Shown here in pieces: positions 36,961 through 47,699 of a stretch of 64,000 nt of DNA. A program made the position numbers and the translations under genes. The DNA is taken from contig CM059432.1 in the NCBI GenBank assembly GCA_030390025.1, positions 137,642,001 through 137,706,000 on the forward strand, written 5' to 3'. Positions within the stretch are counted from its first letter, which is position 1, and the number at the start of each line of letters is the position of its first letter. The notes below the pieces were generated by a model. The model did not search any database, was not told the origin of the DNA, and saw nothing but the letters and a program-made list of their open reading frames with translations. Origin of the DNA: Squalus acanthias. Taxonomy: Eukaryota.

Positions 36961-38022
36961 TCATACAAATTTGCGCGCCCAGCATGAAGCTTTGCTCACT
37001 GGGAACATATATTGGGAATTCAGACACATGCACCATGTAATTTTCCATCTATTTGTTTTAACAGGTGGAAAATCGTTGGGGGGGGATGGGGGTGGGGGAG
37101 AGAGAAGAGAATGTACCTGAATGTCCAATATGCACTCCCAGCAGGCGAGGCTCCTCACCGGGGTGCTGTTTTGTAAAATAAGCCTTTGCATCTGAACCTG
37201 ACCTGGCAGTGCTTGATAGCTAAAGTGAAAAAGTGCATCATTCTCTTCCACTCACACCTCACCTGGATAAGCACAAAAATTCACCAGAAGTTAAACTGGC
37301 TCAGTCAGGGGCATTGAAGGGCACAGTGTCCTGTCACTTTTACAAAATGGATTTCACTCCAACTCAGATCTGCCAGCTGCAAGGATTCTTTATGTAATCA
37401 GCATTTGAATTAAAGGCCAACTGTTGCAAGAGACTTGAAGGAGGTTTGCTCTGTGGTACCTCGCACAGAACTGCTTGATGATAATGTGTACTTAAATGAA
37501 GGCTCACTTTATTCCTCCAGCACCAAGATCCATTCCCCTGAAGATCAAAACACTACACTCAAATGTACAAAGCAGAAAGAAAAATGTTGTTGCAAAGGGT
37601 ATCACAGTTGGTAGAATGTGGGCATACGCATGATTTCATAGGAACAGGAGTAGGCCATTCAGCCCCATGGCTGATCTGTATTTCTCCACACAGTGAGATC
37701 CCTATCTCAGCATAATTGTGCTGAGTACATATTGAGTGGAAGCTAGGCAAGGGATGGAGTGTCAGGTCACTAGCTAATCTCATGCACCCCCTGATGGCTG
37801 CCTGAGAGCTGTATTTATATATAAATATAAAAATGACACACACACAATTCTAACATGCATTGAAGTAAAACCCAGCATTATTAAGAGATCATATCACAAG
37901 TTATAAAGCACTGCATTTAAAATCACTTAATTTAACCACTGATATTGCCAACCGATGGCTATTTGCTACAGCCACAAGAAAAACCACCCTCACTAACTCT
38001 ATCTGATATATTTAGAGTTTTT

Positions 38023-38786
38023 GGGCCAGAAATTCGGCTGTTGTCGGGTGAGTACGCGCTGTGTACTCACCCGTAAGGCCACCTGAAGTGCCAGTTTCCT
38101 GCATGCACTACGCATGAGTGGGAAACCGGAACTCCCGTTCCCCTGAAGGGAGGGGTTCAGAAGTCGAACGCGTGCGCGGGAGAGGCTGCGCGCACGCAGC
38201 GAACTTCAGGTTTTTTTTCAGGTTTCTTCGGGAAGGTAAGTATGAAGAAGCTGCACTTTTAAAAAGGAGGCGCAAGGCCTGTTTTTAACAAGCTAAGTGG
38301 TTAATTAATTACAATTTAAACATTTTTTCAACAGGTTTATCTTTTTTAGATACTTTAAAGAAAGGTAAGTTTATCTTTAGCACCGTTAAAAAGTATAATT
38401 AATTTTTTCAAAAATTTAAATTTTTGTTTAAAGTAGTTAATTTATTTACCTTATAGTTATTTTAAAAATGTGATTTAAAAAAAAAAATTATTTGAAGTTT
38501 AAGTGTGGTTTTGGGGCCGATCTCTATTCATAGATTTGACAGGTCTTCCCGTCAAATCTATGAATGAAAATGCCCTGCTAGGATTGGCTCTCCATGGCCC
38601 ATGTGATCCCAGGGGACGCTTCGAACTAACTGCGCCCCTGGGATACACAAGCACTGCGCGCCGGCAGCTGCAGGAGGCCCAGGACCCGAAGTCCTCGTGG
38701 GCCCAAAGCACAACTGCAGGCGTGGTAGGCAAGTACACGCGCGATGCTTGCACCCGCAGGAAGCCTGAAAGCTGAATTTCTGGCCC
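38023..38786. mobile_element. ~750-bp Harbinger-like MITE, copy 2
   Basis: TIRs GGGCCAGAAATTCGGCT / AGCTGAATTTCTGGCCC; colinear with copy 1. Confidence 0.8.
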
Positions 38787-39259
38787 ATTAATTTTTGGTT
38801 TCTAAATTTTCAAGGAATACTATTTTTAGTCTTGAGTTTACGAAATTAAATATACGTGTGAAAGGAATGAGGAAGTGCAATATTTATTTGTCTTTTCAGA
38901 AATAACGAGATGCTGAGAAAAAGCATTTGCACATCGATCATTACTTTTACACTGCAGTTACTGGTCTGCGACTGATAGCTGCAGTGCTGGCTCCAGCCAG
39001 GCAGTACCTTGTTTGCTGCCTGGCTCGAACTGCAAACTCTCCTGCCAGGCAGAGCTCGAAGCTAACTCCCTGTCCAGCAGTTAAAATTAAATTCCTTAGC
39101 TGGGCGGGGGCAGAAGCATCCACTTTCTGTAACCATTTAGATCAATTCCACAGAAGTTTAACAAAAATTCCCAGTGAGTCAACGGGACCCCATGACCACT
39201 TTTTAAAACTTGGTTTTGGCACCGCAAAGGAGTTGTGCTCCATAAGGGGTTTACCCAAG

Positions 39260-39500
39260 AAGGGTTACCAACTCTGGTTGGACGTCTTCCTGCAGGTTTC
39301 ATCGCACGGCCTCCCGCCTCCAACCACCCCGGCCCAGTAAAACAGCTATTTCCATCTCCAAGATTTTTATAACTAATAAACAAAAGTATTCAAAGAAAAT
39401 GAACAAATAAATGCATAATGCTCCTATCATTTTTCTCCTGGTTTACTAGTAGCGGTGTCCAGGAAATTAATCTTTCAATCCTGGAGGGTTAGCAACCCTA
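39260..39500. mobile_element. hAT (Tip100-like) MITE, 241 bp
   Basis: Ends AAGGGTTACCAACTCT / AGGGTTAGCAACCCTA; perfect 8-bp TSD TACCCAAG at 39252-39259 and 39501-39508. Confidence 0.8.
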
Positions 39501-40579
39501 TACCCAAGCAGTGAGATTTCCTTATCAAGGGAATCTCGCACTGCTTCCCTCTGGAGTCAGGGCATATTCTGACTCGATTTATACTGCAAATTCAGCAACG
39601 TTAAAGTTGCGATATAAAGACACTCTTTTATTCAATTCATCTGTTTCACTGATTTGAAAATTGTACTTCTGGTTAGGAATGTAATTGTTCAGGTGTACTG
39701 AAAAAGAAACACAAGAAAAAAGGCTACAGATCTCGTCAGAGGTTATCTCTCCATGCACCTGAAGTATGAGAGATCTCACGAGACTCAAAAATCATGAGAT
39801 TTCAGGAAATTAGACACATTTATAAGTCTGTCCACTTTCGAGTGAAAACCAGTATGAACTGAAAACAACAATCGTTTTATGTATTAATAATACAGAATGA
39901 TGTAGGCTGGACTGTTTCAAGGATATACCATGTTCAAATGCCATTGATAAATCACACTGCCCTCATGGTTTATGAAAACACTAAATCTCCTTGATATGTT
40001 ACTGCTTCCTAACACACCCCAACCTGTCTGTCATCCTATTCTTAGACTTTTTTTTAGTCCAAGAACTCAATTTTTAATGCCTAGTGGTAATTTTGATCCT
40101 AAATCTGGAATACAAAAGCTTAAAATGACCACTGATTTTCTAAATGTTTGGGTGGTAGGTCCTGAAAGAGGCACACATCACACTACGAACTGAGTGTTAA
40201 ACTTGTCCAGCAATCTTTCTTCTAACTAAAAGCATGACATAGATGTATACATGACAGTCGCTATATCGAACGCATGCGTTCCTATAGTTTCCTCCTAAGT
40301 GTAAAACTGATTCTCTAAAATCTTCATATACTCATCAAGTGGTATGCAGTTAAAAGTACACCAAGTATGCTATATTAAAAAAGCAAACATATAGAAAAAT
40401 GCTCTTTTATATCACATGATAACCAGGTAGTGTGGAACTGCTCAAGAGTCTTCAAGTGTGACTGTCTAGACTCCATGGGTCAATGACAAATTAACAAGAT
40501 TAGCATTATCAAAGGTGAAAATAAGGACTCAAAAACTGAATGCAAAGGTTAAAATGCGGAAGAGAGGAATATTTCTCAC

Positions 40580-40820
40580 CAGAACTGCTCGTCAGCACAG
40601 TCTCTTGTTCGGTCAGACTTCCCATCGCCATGGCAGTTGATGACGTCACTGTAGGTTGCATTGACAGGCTGGTGAGTGGCTGGATGACCACATTAGCGGG
40701 CACTGTGTTATCTGCTGTTTGGAGAGTCCCGGTTTGCTGTGTTAGGTTAGGGTCAGCAGTCAGTTGTTGAGTGAGCAAATTACTCTGTTGCAATGTCTGC
40801 TGCAAAATGCTTGAATCAAT
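40580..40820 (-). CDS. ZNF236: ZNF236 exon ([16 protein letters not shown]...TVLTSSS)
   Basis: 241 bp, phase 0-1, ctgcag|ATT...TCTG|gtgaga. Confidence 0.93.
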
Positions 40821-41017
40821 CTGCAGGGAGGGAAAATCTAGTCAAATACTAATCAGATATAGGTTGATCAAAAAGTCAGTTTGCTTAATGACATTAATAG
40901 TAAACAATTGATGGGCACTTAATCTACCCATTGGTTTATTAATAGCAGAATCTTTAAAACTGAAAAATTGAAAGTCCATTTAAATACACAGGAGAAATCT
41001 GTATGCAGAAGGTTTAT

Positions 41018-41348
41018 CATAGAATCTTACAGCATAGAAGGAGGCCATTTGGCCCATCGTGCCTGTGACGGCTCTTTGAAAGTGCTGTCCAATTAGTCCC
41101 ACGTCCCTGTTCTTTCCCCAGAGCCATGCAAATTTCTCTTTTTCAAATATTTATCCAATTCCCTTTTGAAAGTTACTATTGAATCTGCTTCCACCACCCT
41201 TTCAGCAGTGCATTCCAGATCACAATAACTCGCTGTGAAAAAATATTTCTCATCTCACCTCTGGCTCTTTTGACAACGACCTTAAATCTGTGTCCTCTGA
41301 TTACTGACCCTCCTGCTAGTTGAAACAGTTTCTCCTTATTTACTCTAT
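41018..41348 (-). mobile_element. CR1 LINE 3' fragment
   Basis: Homologous to 17512-17897. Confidence 0.75.
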
Positions 41349-42189
41349 TATTAGGATTAATACAATTCTGTTGGTGATACTTTAAAACATTTTCACACTA
41401 AAGGAATGATTTCACGAATGCACGTTAATTTTGGGTGGAAATTACTGGCAGGGCACCCTCGATTTCCTGATATGTGCGGCTGGTGGGAGAGGCTCCTGGT
41501 CGATAACACATGCTCATGAAATCAGTTCAAAAAATTAATTCTCTGCCAGCTGGACAGAACCCGAGCGAAATGAGTTTGGGCAATCTCAACCCAGTTCCCT
41601 GTGGGCGAGGCAGAAAACTATGTGCGATTCAGCACAATGGCACTAAACTGAAGACCTCCTCCAGGAAAGCCACAGGAGTCGCTGGTGTGGAAAAGGAAAA
41701 ATTCACCCTGGTGCAACAGGAGCTTTATTTGAGACCGGAGTTCCTTTGACCTTGATTGGCAGATAAAAGGACCGTTAGCATGCATTCAATCCTGGAGTGC
41801 TTTTAGATGCAAATGCCAACGCACTCTGTACCAGATATTCAAATCTAAAACTAGAGAACAGAAAGATGGTATCTGGATGTGTAATGTGATGAAGGTAATT
41901 TTTGGTAATTTCATGGATTAGTCATACTGGAAATGTCAAAAGTTACAGAAAGCATAATGAAATGAGCAGGCACAGACCTCTTTTGCAGTGATCAATCTAC
42001 CTTTATTTTTCCTATATTTTTACACAAACAAGAGGTGGGTGTGTGCTCCAAGGTCTGTTCATTTCCAAATCTTATTAACATTTGCTGTTTGTATGGGGCC
42101 TGGAGTTTAAGTGTTGAGTATGCAGACTGCACTACTGCAATGGATGTTTATGTGAGGCTCCTCCGGTTAGCCTGCACTGTAGACCTTTA

Positions 42190-42510
42190 CGACAACTTGC
42201 ATTTATATAGCGCCTTTAACGTAGCAGAAGCATCCAAGGTGCTTCACAGGAGCGTTATCAGACAAAATTTGACACCGAGCCACGTAAGGAGATATATTAG
42301 GATAGGTGTCCAAAAGCTTGGTCAAACATGTTGGTTTTAAGGAGCACCTTAAAGGAGCAGAGAGAGGTAGAGCAACAGAGAGGTTTAGGGAGGGAATGCC
42401 AGAACTTAGGGGCTAGACAGCTGAAGGCATGGCCGCCAATGGTGTGGCGTAGGTAATCGGGGATGCACAAGAGGCCAGAATTGGAGGATCGCAGAGATCT
42501 CGGAGGGTTG
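42190..42510 (-). mobile_element. L2-clade LINE 3' fragment
   Basis: Homologous to 21045-21365. Confidence 0.75.
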
Positions 42511-43067
42511 TCGGCTATGTTCCTGTTAATTTTCTTTTGGATGCGCGGCCCCTTTCAGGGGCTGCGCGGCTCATTCAAAATATCACACATGAGCGTTTTT
42601 TCCTATCGAAAAGCCGGCTGCGCAGGAGGTCCAGAGAGCTGAAGGGGGCCTTTGGTTGTAGGGCTGGAGGAGTTTACAGAGGTAAGAAGAGGCGCGGCTA
42701 CGGAGAGATTTCAAATCCTCTTCCAACTTTGTCCTCACTTCTGTCCCGATATGTTCAAGCTCACTGGTCTGCCCTTCTTTCTCCCAGTAGCAGCAGGTAG
42801 TCTGTTACTATAACCGTTGCTGTTCGCTGCAACCACTCTTCTTGGATTTATACAATAGTCTACTCCTCCAATTCAAAGTTGCTTTTTGCTTGAAAAAAAA
42901 TGTAATTTGTGCTGCTGCGCCTGAAAATCTGGCCGCAATGTTGAGAGACCTCCCAGAACAAGCGCAACTGGAAGACACTCACATTTGAGAGTCAGGGGCG
43001 TGGCCAGTTTTGTGGGTGGAGATTAGTTCGGACATGTAGTTTGATGGATGGGCGTAGAAGAGTGAGG

Positions 43068-43363
43068 AGAATCACAGAATCCCCACAATGCAGATAGAGG
43101 CCATTTCGGCCCATCGAGCCTGCACCGACACATATCCCACCCTATCCCCGTAACCCCACGTATTTAATCCCCCTAACACTAAGGGTCAATTTATCATAGC
43201 CAAATCAACCTAACCCGCACATCTTTGGACTGTGGGAGGAAACCCACGCAGACACGGGGAGAATGTGCAAACTCCACACAGACAGTCACCCGAGGCCGGA
43301 TTCGAACCCGGGTCCCTGGCGCTGTGAGGCAACAGTGCTAACCACTAGGCCACCGTGTTGCCC
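43068..43363 (-). mobile_element. tRNA-derived V-SINE (HE1-like)
   Basis: Minus strand has A box GTGGCCTAGTGG, B box GGTTCGAATCC, V-domain TGTGTGGAGTTTGCACATTCTCCCCGTGTCTGCGTGGGTTTC and a CR1-derived tail GGGCCGAAATGGCCTC. Confidence 0.88.
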
Positions 43364-43827
43364 TTGGTTGTAGGGCTTGGGCGTATTGCAGTCACATGAG
43401 TAACTCGCTTACGCCCAAAATTCCGGGATCTTTAAGTCACGTTAATTTGCTTGCGCCCAGATTACGCGTGTATCATCTGTTGTGTAAATGCGGAGGGAAC
43501 TCCAGGCCATTGTTTTTTTTTACATAGTCAGAAGATTGTGGGAAACCCATCCGTGAATTCCCAATGTGAACTTGTGGCGGGCAAGCCTTCCATCGGGAGC
43601 ATGGTTTTGTAAAATAACTAGAAAGAAAACACCAATTTATGCAACAAACCAAAAAAAATACATTACACCAAATCTGGCCATGGGAGTGGCTTTAGGTTAC
43701 TCTCGGCTAAATATAGTCGGAGGAACAAGAAAGTCAACTTCCAAACATGTGACTAACTCTCAGATGGTTAAAACTAGGTAAAGAGCACTGCAGAAAATTC
43801 CATGCACTCATATCAAGTGGTACTAAT

Positions 43828-44251
43828 CTCCATCTCTGGGGATAGGTTATTGACTCCATCTCCGACTCTTCCCTTCCCTTCCTCGACTTCTCCATCTCTG
43901 GGGATAGGTTATTGACTCCATCTCCGACTCTTCCCTTCCCTTCCTCGACTTCTCCATCTCCATCTCTGGGGATAGGTTATTGACTCCATCTCCGACTCTT
44001 CCCTTCCCTTCCTCGACTTCTCCATCTCTGGGGATAGGTTATTGACTCCATCTCCGACTCTTCCCTTCCCTTCCTCGACTTCTCCATCTCCATCTCTGGG
44101 GATAGGTTATTGACTCCATCTCCGACTCTTCCCTTCCCTTCCTCGACTTCTCCATCTCCATCTCTGGGGATAGGTTATTGACTCCATCTCCGACTCTTCC
44201 CTTCCCTTCCTCGACTTCTCCATCTCCATCTCTGGGGATAGGTTATTGACT
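43828..44251 (+). repeat. 62/68-bp tandem repeat (~6.3 units) at the 5' truncation point of the Penelope-like element
   Basis: GGGGATAGGTTATTGACT recurs at 43838, 43900, 43968, 44030, 44098, 44166 and 44234. The unit is the RT SISDSSLPFLDFSISISGDRL coding segment. Confidence 0.95.
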
Positions 44252-45420
44252 AACATTCACTACAAGCCCACTGACTCCCACAGCTACCTGGACTACACTT
44301 CCTCCCACCCCGCCTCCTGTAAGGACTCTATTCCATTCTCCCAGTTTCTCCGTCTCCGCCGCATCTGCTCTGATGATGCCACCTTCCATACCAGTGCTTC
44401 CGACATGTCTTCCTTTTTCCTCAACCGAGGATTCCCCTCTACCGTGGTCGACACGGCCCTCGACCGTGTCCGTTCTATCTCCCGCACTTCTGCCCTCACC
44501 CCTGCCCCTTTCTCCCGGAACCACGATAGGGTTCCCCTTGTCCTCACCTTTCACCCCACCAGCCTCCACATTCAACGGATCATCCTCCGCCATTTCCGCC
44601 ACCTCCAGCGTGATCCCACCACCAAACACATCTTCCCCTCACCTCCCCTTTCAGCATTCCGTAGGGACCGCTCCCTCCGCGACACCCTAGTCCACTCCTC
44701 TACCACCCCCAGCACCCCTTCCCCTTCGCCCGGCACCTTCCCGTGCACGCGCAGGAGATGCAACACATGCCCTTATACCTCCCCTCTTCCCACTGTCCAG
44801 GGCCCCAAACACCCCTTCCAGGTGAAACAGCGATTTACTTGTACTTCCTGCAATTTAGTATACTGTATTCGCTGCTCACGATGTGGACTCCTCTACATTG
44901 GGGAGACCAAACGCAGATTGGGTGACCGCTTTGCGGAACACCTCCGTTCAGTCTGTAAGGGGGACCCCGAGCTCCCGGTGGCCTGTCACTTTAATTCACC
45001 GCTTCACTCCCACTCTGACCTCACCGTCCTCGGCCTATTACACTGTTCCACGGAAGCGCAGCGTAAGCTCGAGGAACAGCACCTCATCTTTCGTTTAGGC
45101 ACGCTACAGCCCTCTGGACTCAATATCGAGTTCAACAATTTTCGATCATAACCTCAGCTCCAATCACATTTATATTTTATTTTTTCCACCCTTTTATTTG
45201 TCCCCCCCCACCTTTTTTTTTCCCTCCTAGAAGCTGGCAGCTGTCCTTCATTCGGCCAGTGGATTTCACACTTCATTCAGCCTTAATCTGTCACATTAAC
45301 ACCACCTCTAGCCTTGCATATCTCTTAATGTCTCTTCATCTCCCCCTTTGTTCCTTTATCCCCTCCCCCTTTTCCCAGCTTTACCCTGGCCTTAAATCTA
45401 TTTGATTTCCGGCTCTTCCC

Positions 45421-45457
45421 AGTTCTGATGAAAGGTCATCGACCTGAAACGTTAACT
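45421..45457 (+). ncRNA. Minimal type I hammerhead ribozyme (Penelope-associated)
   Basis: AGTT-CTGATGA-A-AGGTC(ATC)GACCT-GAAA-CGTT-AACT: conserved cores CUGAnGA and GAAA, 5-bp stem II, palindromic AACGUU in place of stem III, stem I AGUU/AACU. Confidence 0.8.
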
Positions 45458-46384
45458 CTCTTTCTCTCTCCACGGATGCTGCCTGGCCTGCTGAGTTTTT
45501 CCAGCGTTTTCTGTTGTTATTTCGGATTTCCAGCATCCGCAGTATTTTGCTATCGTACTAATAAATGTTGTCACTACTCTTCATTTAAAATCATTGACTA
45601 TTCTCCTGCTTGGTGGGATTAGGGGTGAGGAGAATTTCTTTGGGGTCAAGTCAGTGCCAAAATGACATGCCTGGCAATGGAACATTGCAACAGAGGCAAC
45701 CCACTGAGGCAGACTCAGTTACCCAGGCAGGTGTGCAGTACGCCAGGACACGATGATTCACCAGATAACATGGTTCGTTGCTGGGAGCTGGAGGGTGTTA
45801 ATCATGTCACCGGGGGCAGTCTCCAAACCAGTTCCCAGGGGGCACCAGACCAAACTACAAAACTGCCCTTTGTTCAACACTAAATTGTCAATCCCACTCA
45901 GAGGCCACAAGATAGGTAGTGTGAGAAATGGAAAAATAGTGTAGTAGGGACGATCTTCTGAGGTACAATGTTGCTACAGCGGACATGGTAGTGCTTGATG
46001 CTGACACTGAAAACTTTTCTGTTTCCCAGCATTAACATCTTGACTTGATTTCTTTAGAATAACTTTTCCCCTCTATTTTGTTTGTTTAAAAAAAAACACA
46101 TCATCTTTCAGCCTTTCTTATTTCCCATAAAACAGAAGGTACTAATAGTTACCAAAAGCACATTGCTGCTCACAAACAGTAAACACAAGGACAAAGAAGG
46201 ACTGTAATTAAAACAGAAAAACGCCCTGAGCCAAGCCACACTGCATTAAACATCAGGCCATGTTGCAGGCATTAATGAAGCTTTGAAGGGTAACTCTACC
46301 CTACTTACAAAATACCACATTCTTAGTACTTTACTTACAAACAAAATTCTTTGCCAAGTGTTTTGAACCAAGTGCTCCTGGGCT

Positions 46385-46925
46385 GTGGACAACAAAGAGG
46401 CAATGCTAAATTTGTACAAGGCAATGCTTAGGCAACAGCTAAGAGTACTGCGTGCAGTTTTTTGGGCACCCCATTATAGGAAGTCCAGTGTAGATTCACC
46501 AGGATGCAGCCAAGGATTAGAAACTATAGTTGTGAGGAGGGGCTTGAGATACTGGTATTATTTCCACTGGAGCAGAGAAGGCCAAAAGGAAATTTAAGCA
46601 ATCTCTTTAAAATTATGAAGGGGTTTGATTGAGTAAATAGGGAAAGACTTCTTTGTCTGGGAATCAACAATGAGTGGACATCAATGTAAGATCAAGAGAG
46701 TGATGAGGGAGATCAGGATAAATGTGTTCATCCAGAGAGTTGTTGAACCATGGAAGGCTTTGCCACAAGGAGTAGTTGAGGCAGAGACCATTGCATCTTT
46801 TAAAGAAAAAGTGGATAAATATTTGAAGCAGATGATGATACAGGGTTATGGGGAGAAAGCAGGGCAGGGCAGGGGGGTGAGTTTTGTATTATTCAAGCAA
46901 AGAGCTGATACAGACATGAGGGGAT
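46385..46925 (+). mobile_element. Old CR1 LINE 3' fragment
   Basis: Encodes KEAMLNLYKAMLRQQL, FWAPHYRK and FIQRVVEPWKALPQ. Confidence 0.7.
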
Positions 46926-46974
46926 GCTCATTTCCTAATCTATTTTTTTCCCCAATATTTAATTCAGCCAGAAG

Positions 46975-47350
46975 GCATAGAATGATACAGCACAGGAGGC
47001 AGCCATTCGGCTCATCGTGCCTCTGCCCGCTCTCTGAAAAGAGCTGTCTAATTAGTCTCATTCCCCTGCTTTTCCCCATAGCCATGCAAATTTTTCCTTT
47101 CAAGTATGTATCAGTTCCCTTTTGAAAGTTAATGTGGAATCTGCATCCACCACCAATTCAGGCAGTGCATTCCCGATCAAAAAAACTCTCTGCATAAAAA
47201 AATTTCTCATCTCATCTCATCCCTGGCTTTCTTGGCAACTATTTAAAATCTGTGTCCTCTGGTTACCGACCCTCCTGCGAGTGGAAAGTTTCTCCCTATT
47301 TATTCTATCAAAATCCCTCCTAATTTTGAACACCTCTATTAAATCTCCCT
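46975..47350 (-). mobile_element. CR1 LINE 3' fragment
   Basis: Homologous to the 17512 and 41018 copies. Confidence 0.7.
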
Positions 47351-47361
47351 TTTTTCCCCCC

Positions 47362-47692
47362 ACATTACAACAGTGACGACACTTCAAAAGTACCTCAGTG
47401 GCTATAAAGCGCTTTGAGACGTCCGGTAGTCGTGAAAGGCGCTATATAAATGCAAGTCTTTCTTTCTTTCTTTAACTTTCTCTACTCTAAGGATGGTCAA
47501 CTCTTCCCTGTATGAATAGGACAATTATTGTGAAGTAGAAGTACAGAAAATATTACATCTATCAAACGTTCAAGAGCGAATTCCTACATTACAACAGTGA
47601 CTACACTTCAAAAAGTACTTCATTGGCTGGGAAACCCTTTGAGACGTCCAGTGGTTGTGAAAGGCGCTATATAAATGCAAGTCTTTTTTTCT
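47362..47692 (+). mobile_element. Two DeuSINE/L2-type 3' tails (47362-47472 and 47584-47692)
   Basis: Both read cattacaacagtgac(t/g)acacttcaaaa...gagacgtcc...gtgaaaggcgctatataaatgcaagtctttt. Confidence 0.6.
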
Positions 47693-47699
47693 TACTTAA

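Larger units (their letters stand above)
43828..45554 (+). mobile_element. 5'-truncated Penelope-like retroelement (RT thumb plus GIY-YIG endonuclease plus 3' pLTR region)
   Basis: Frame 44246-45151 has no internal stop and encodes YKPTDSHSYL..S.HP, CxxxxCxxC and NLVYCIRCSRCGLLYIGETKRRLGDRFAEH...GLN. TSD (GT)ACTAAT at 43820-43827 and 45555-45562. Confidence 0.92.

Noticed and set aside
43290..43363. tRNA gene
   Set aside because: The A/B boxes are followed by a V-domain and a LINE-derived tail, so this is a SINE head.
44246..45151. Stand-alone GIY-YIG nuclease gene
   Set aside because: There is no ATG start. It is the C-terminal part of a 5'-truncated Penelope ORF bounded by a TSD.
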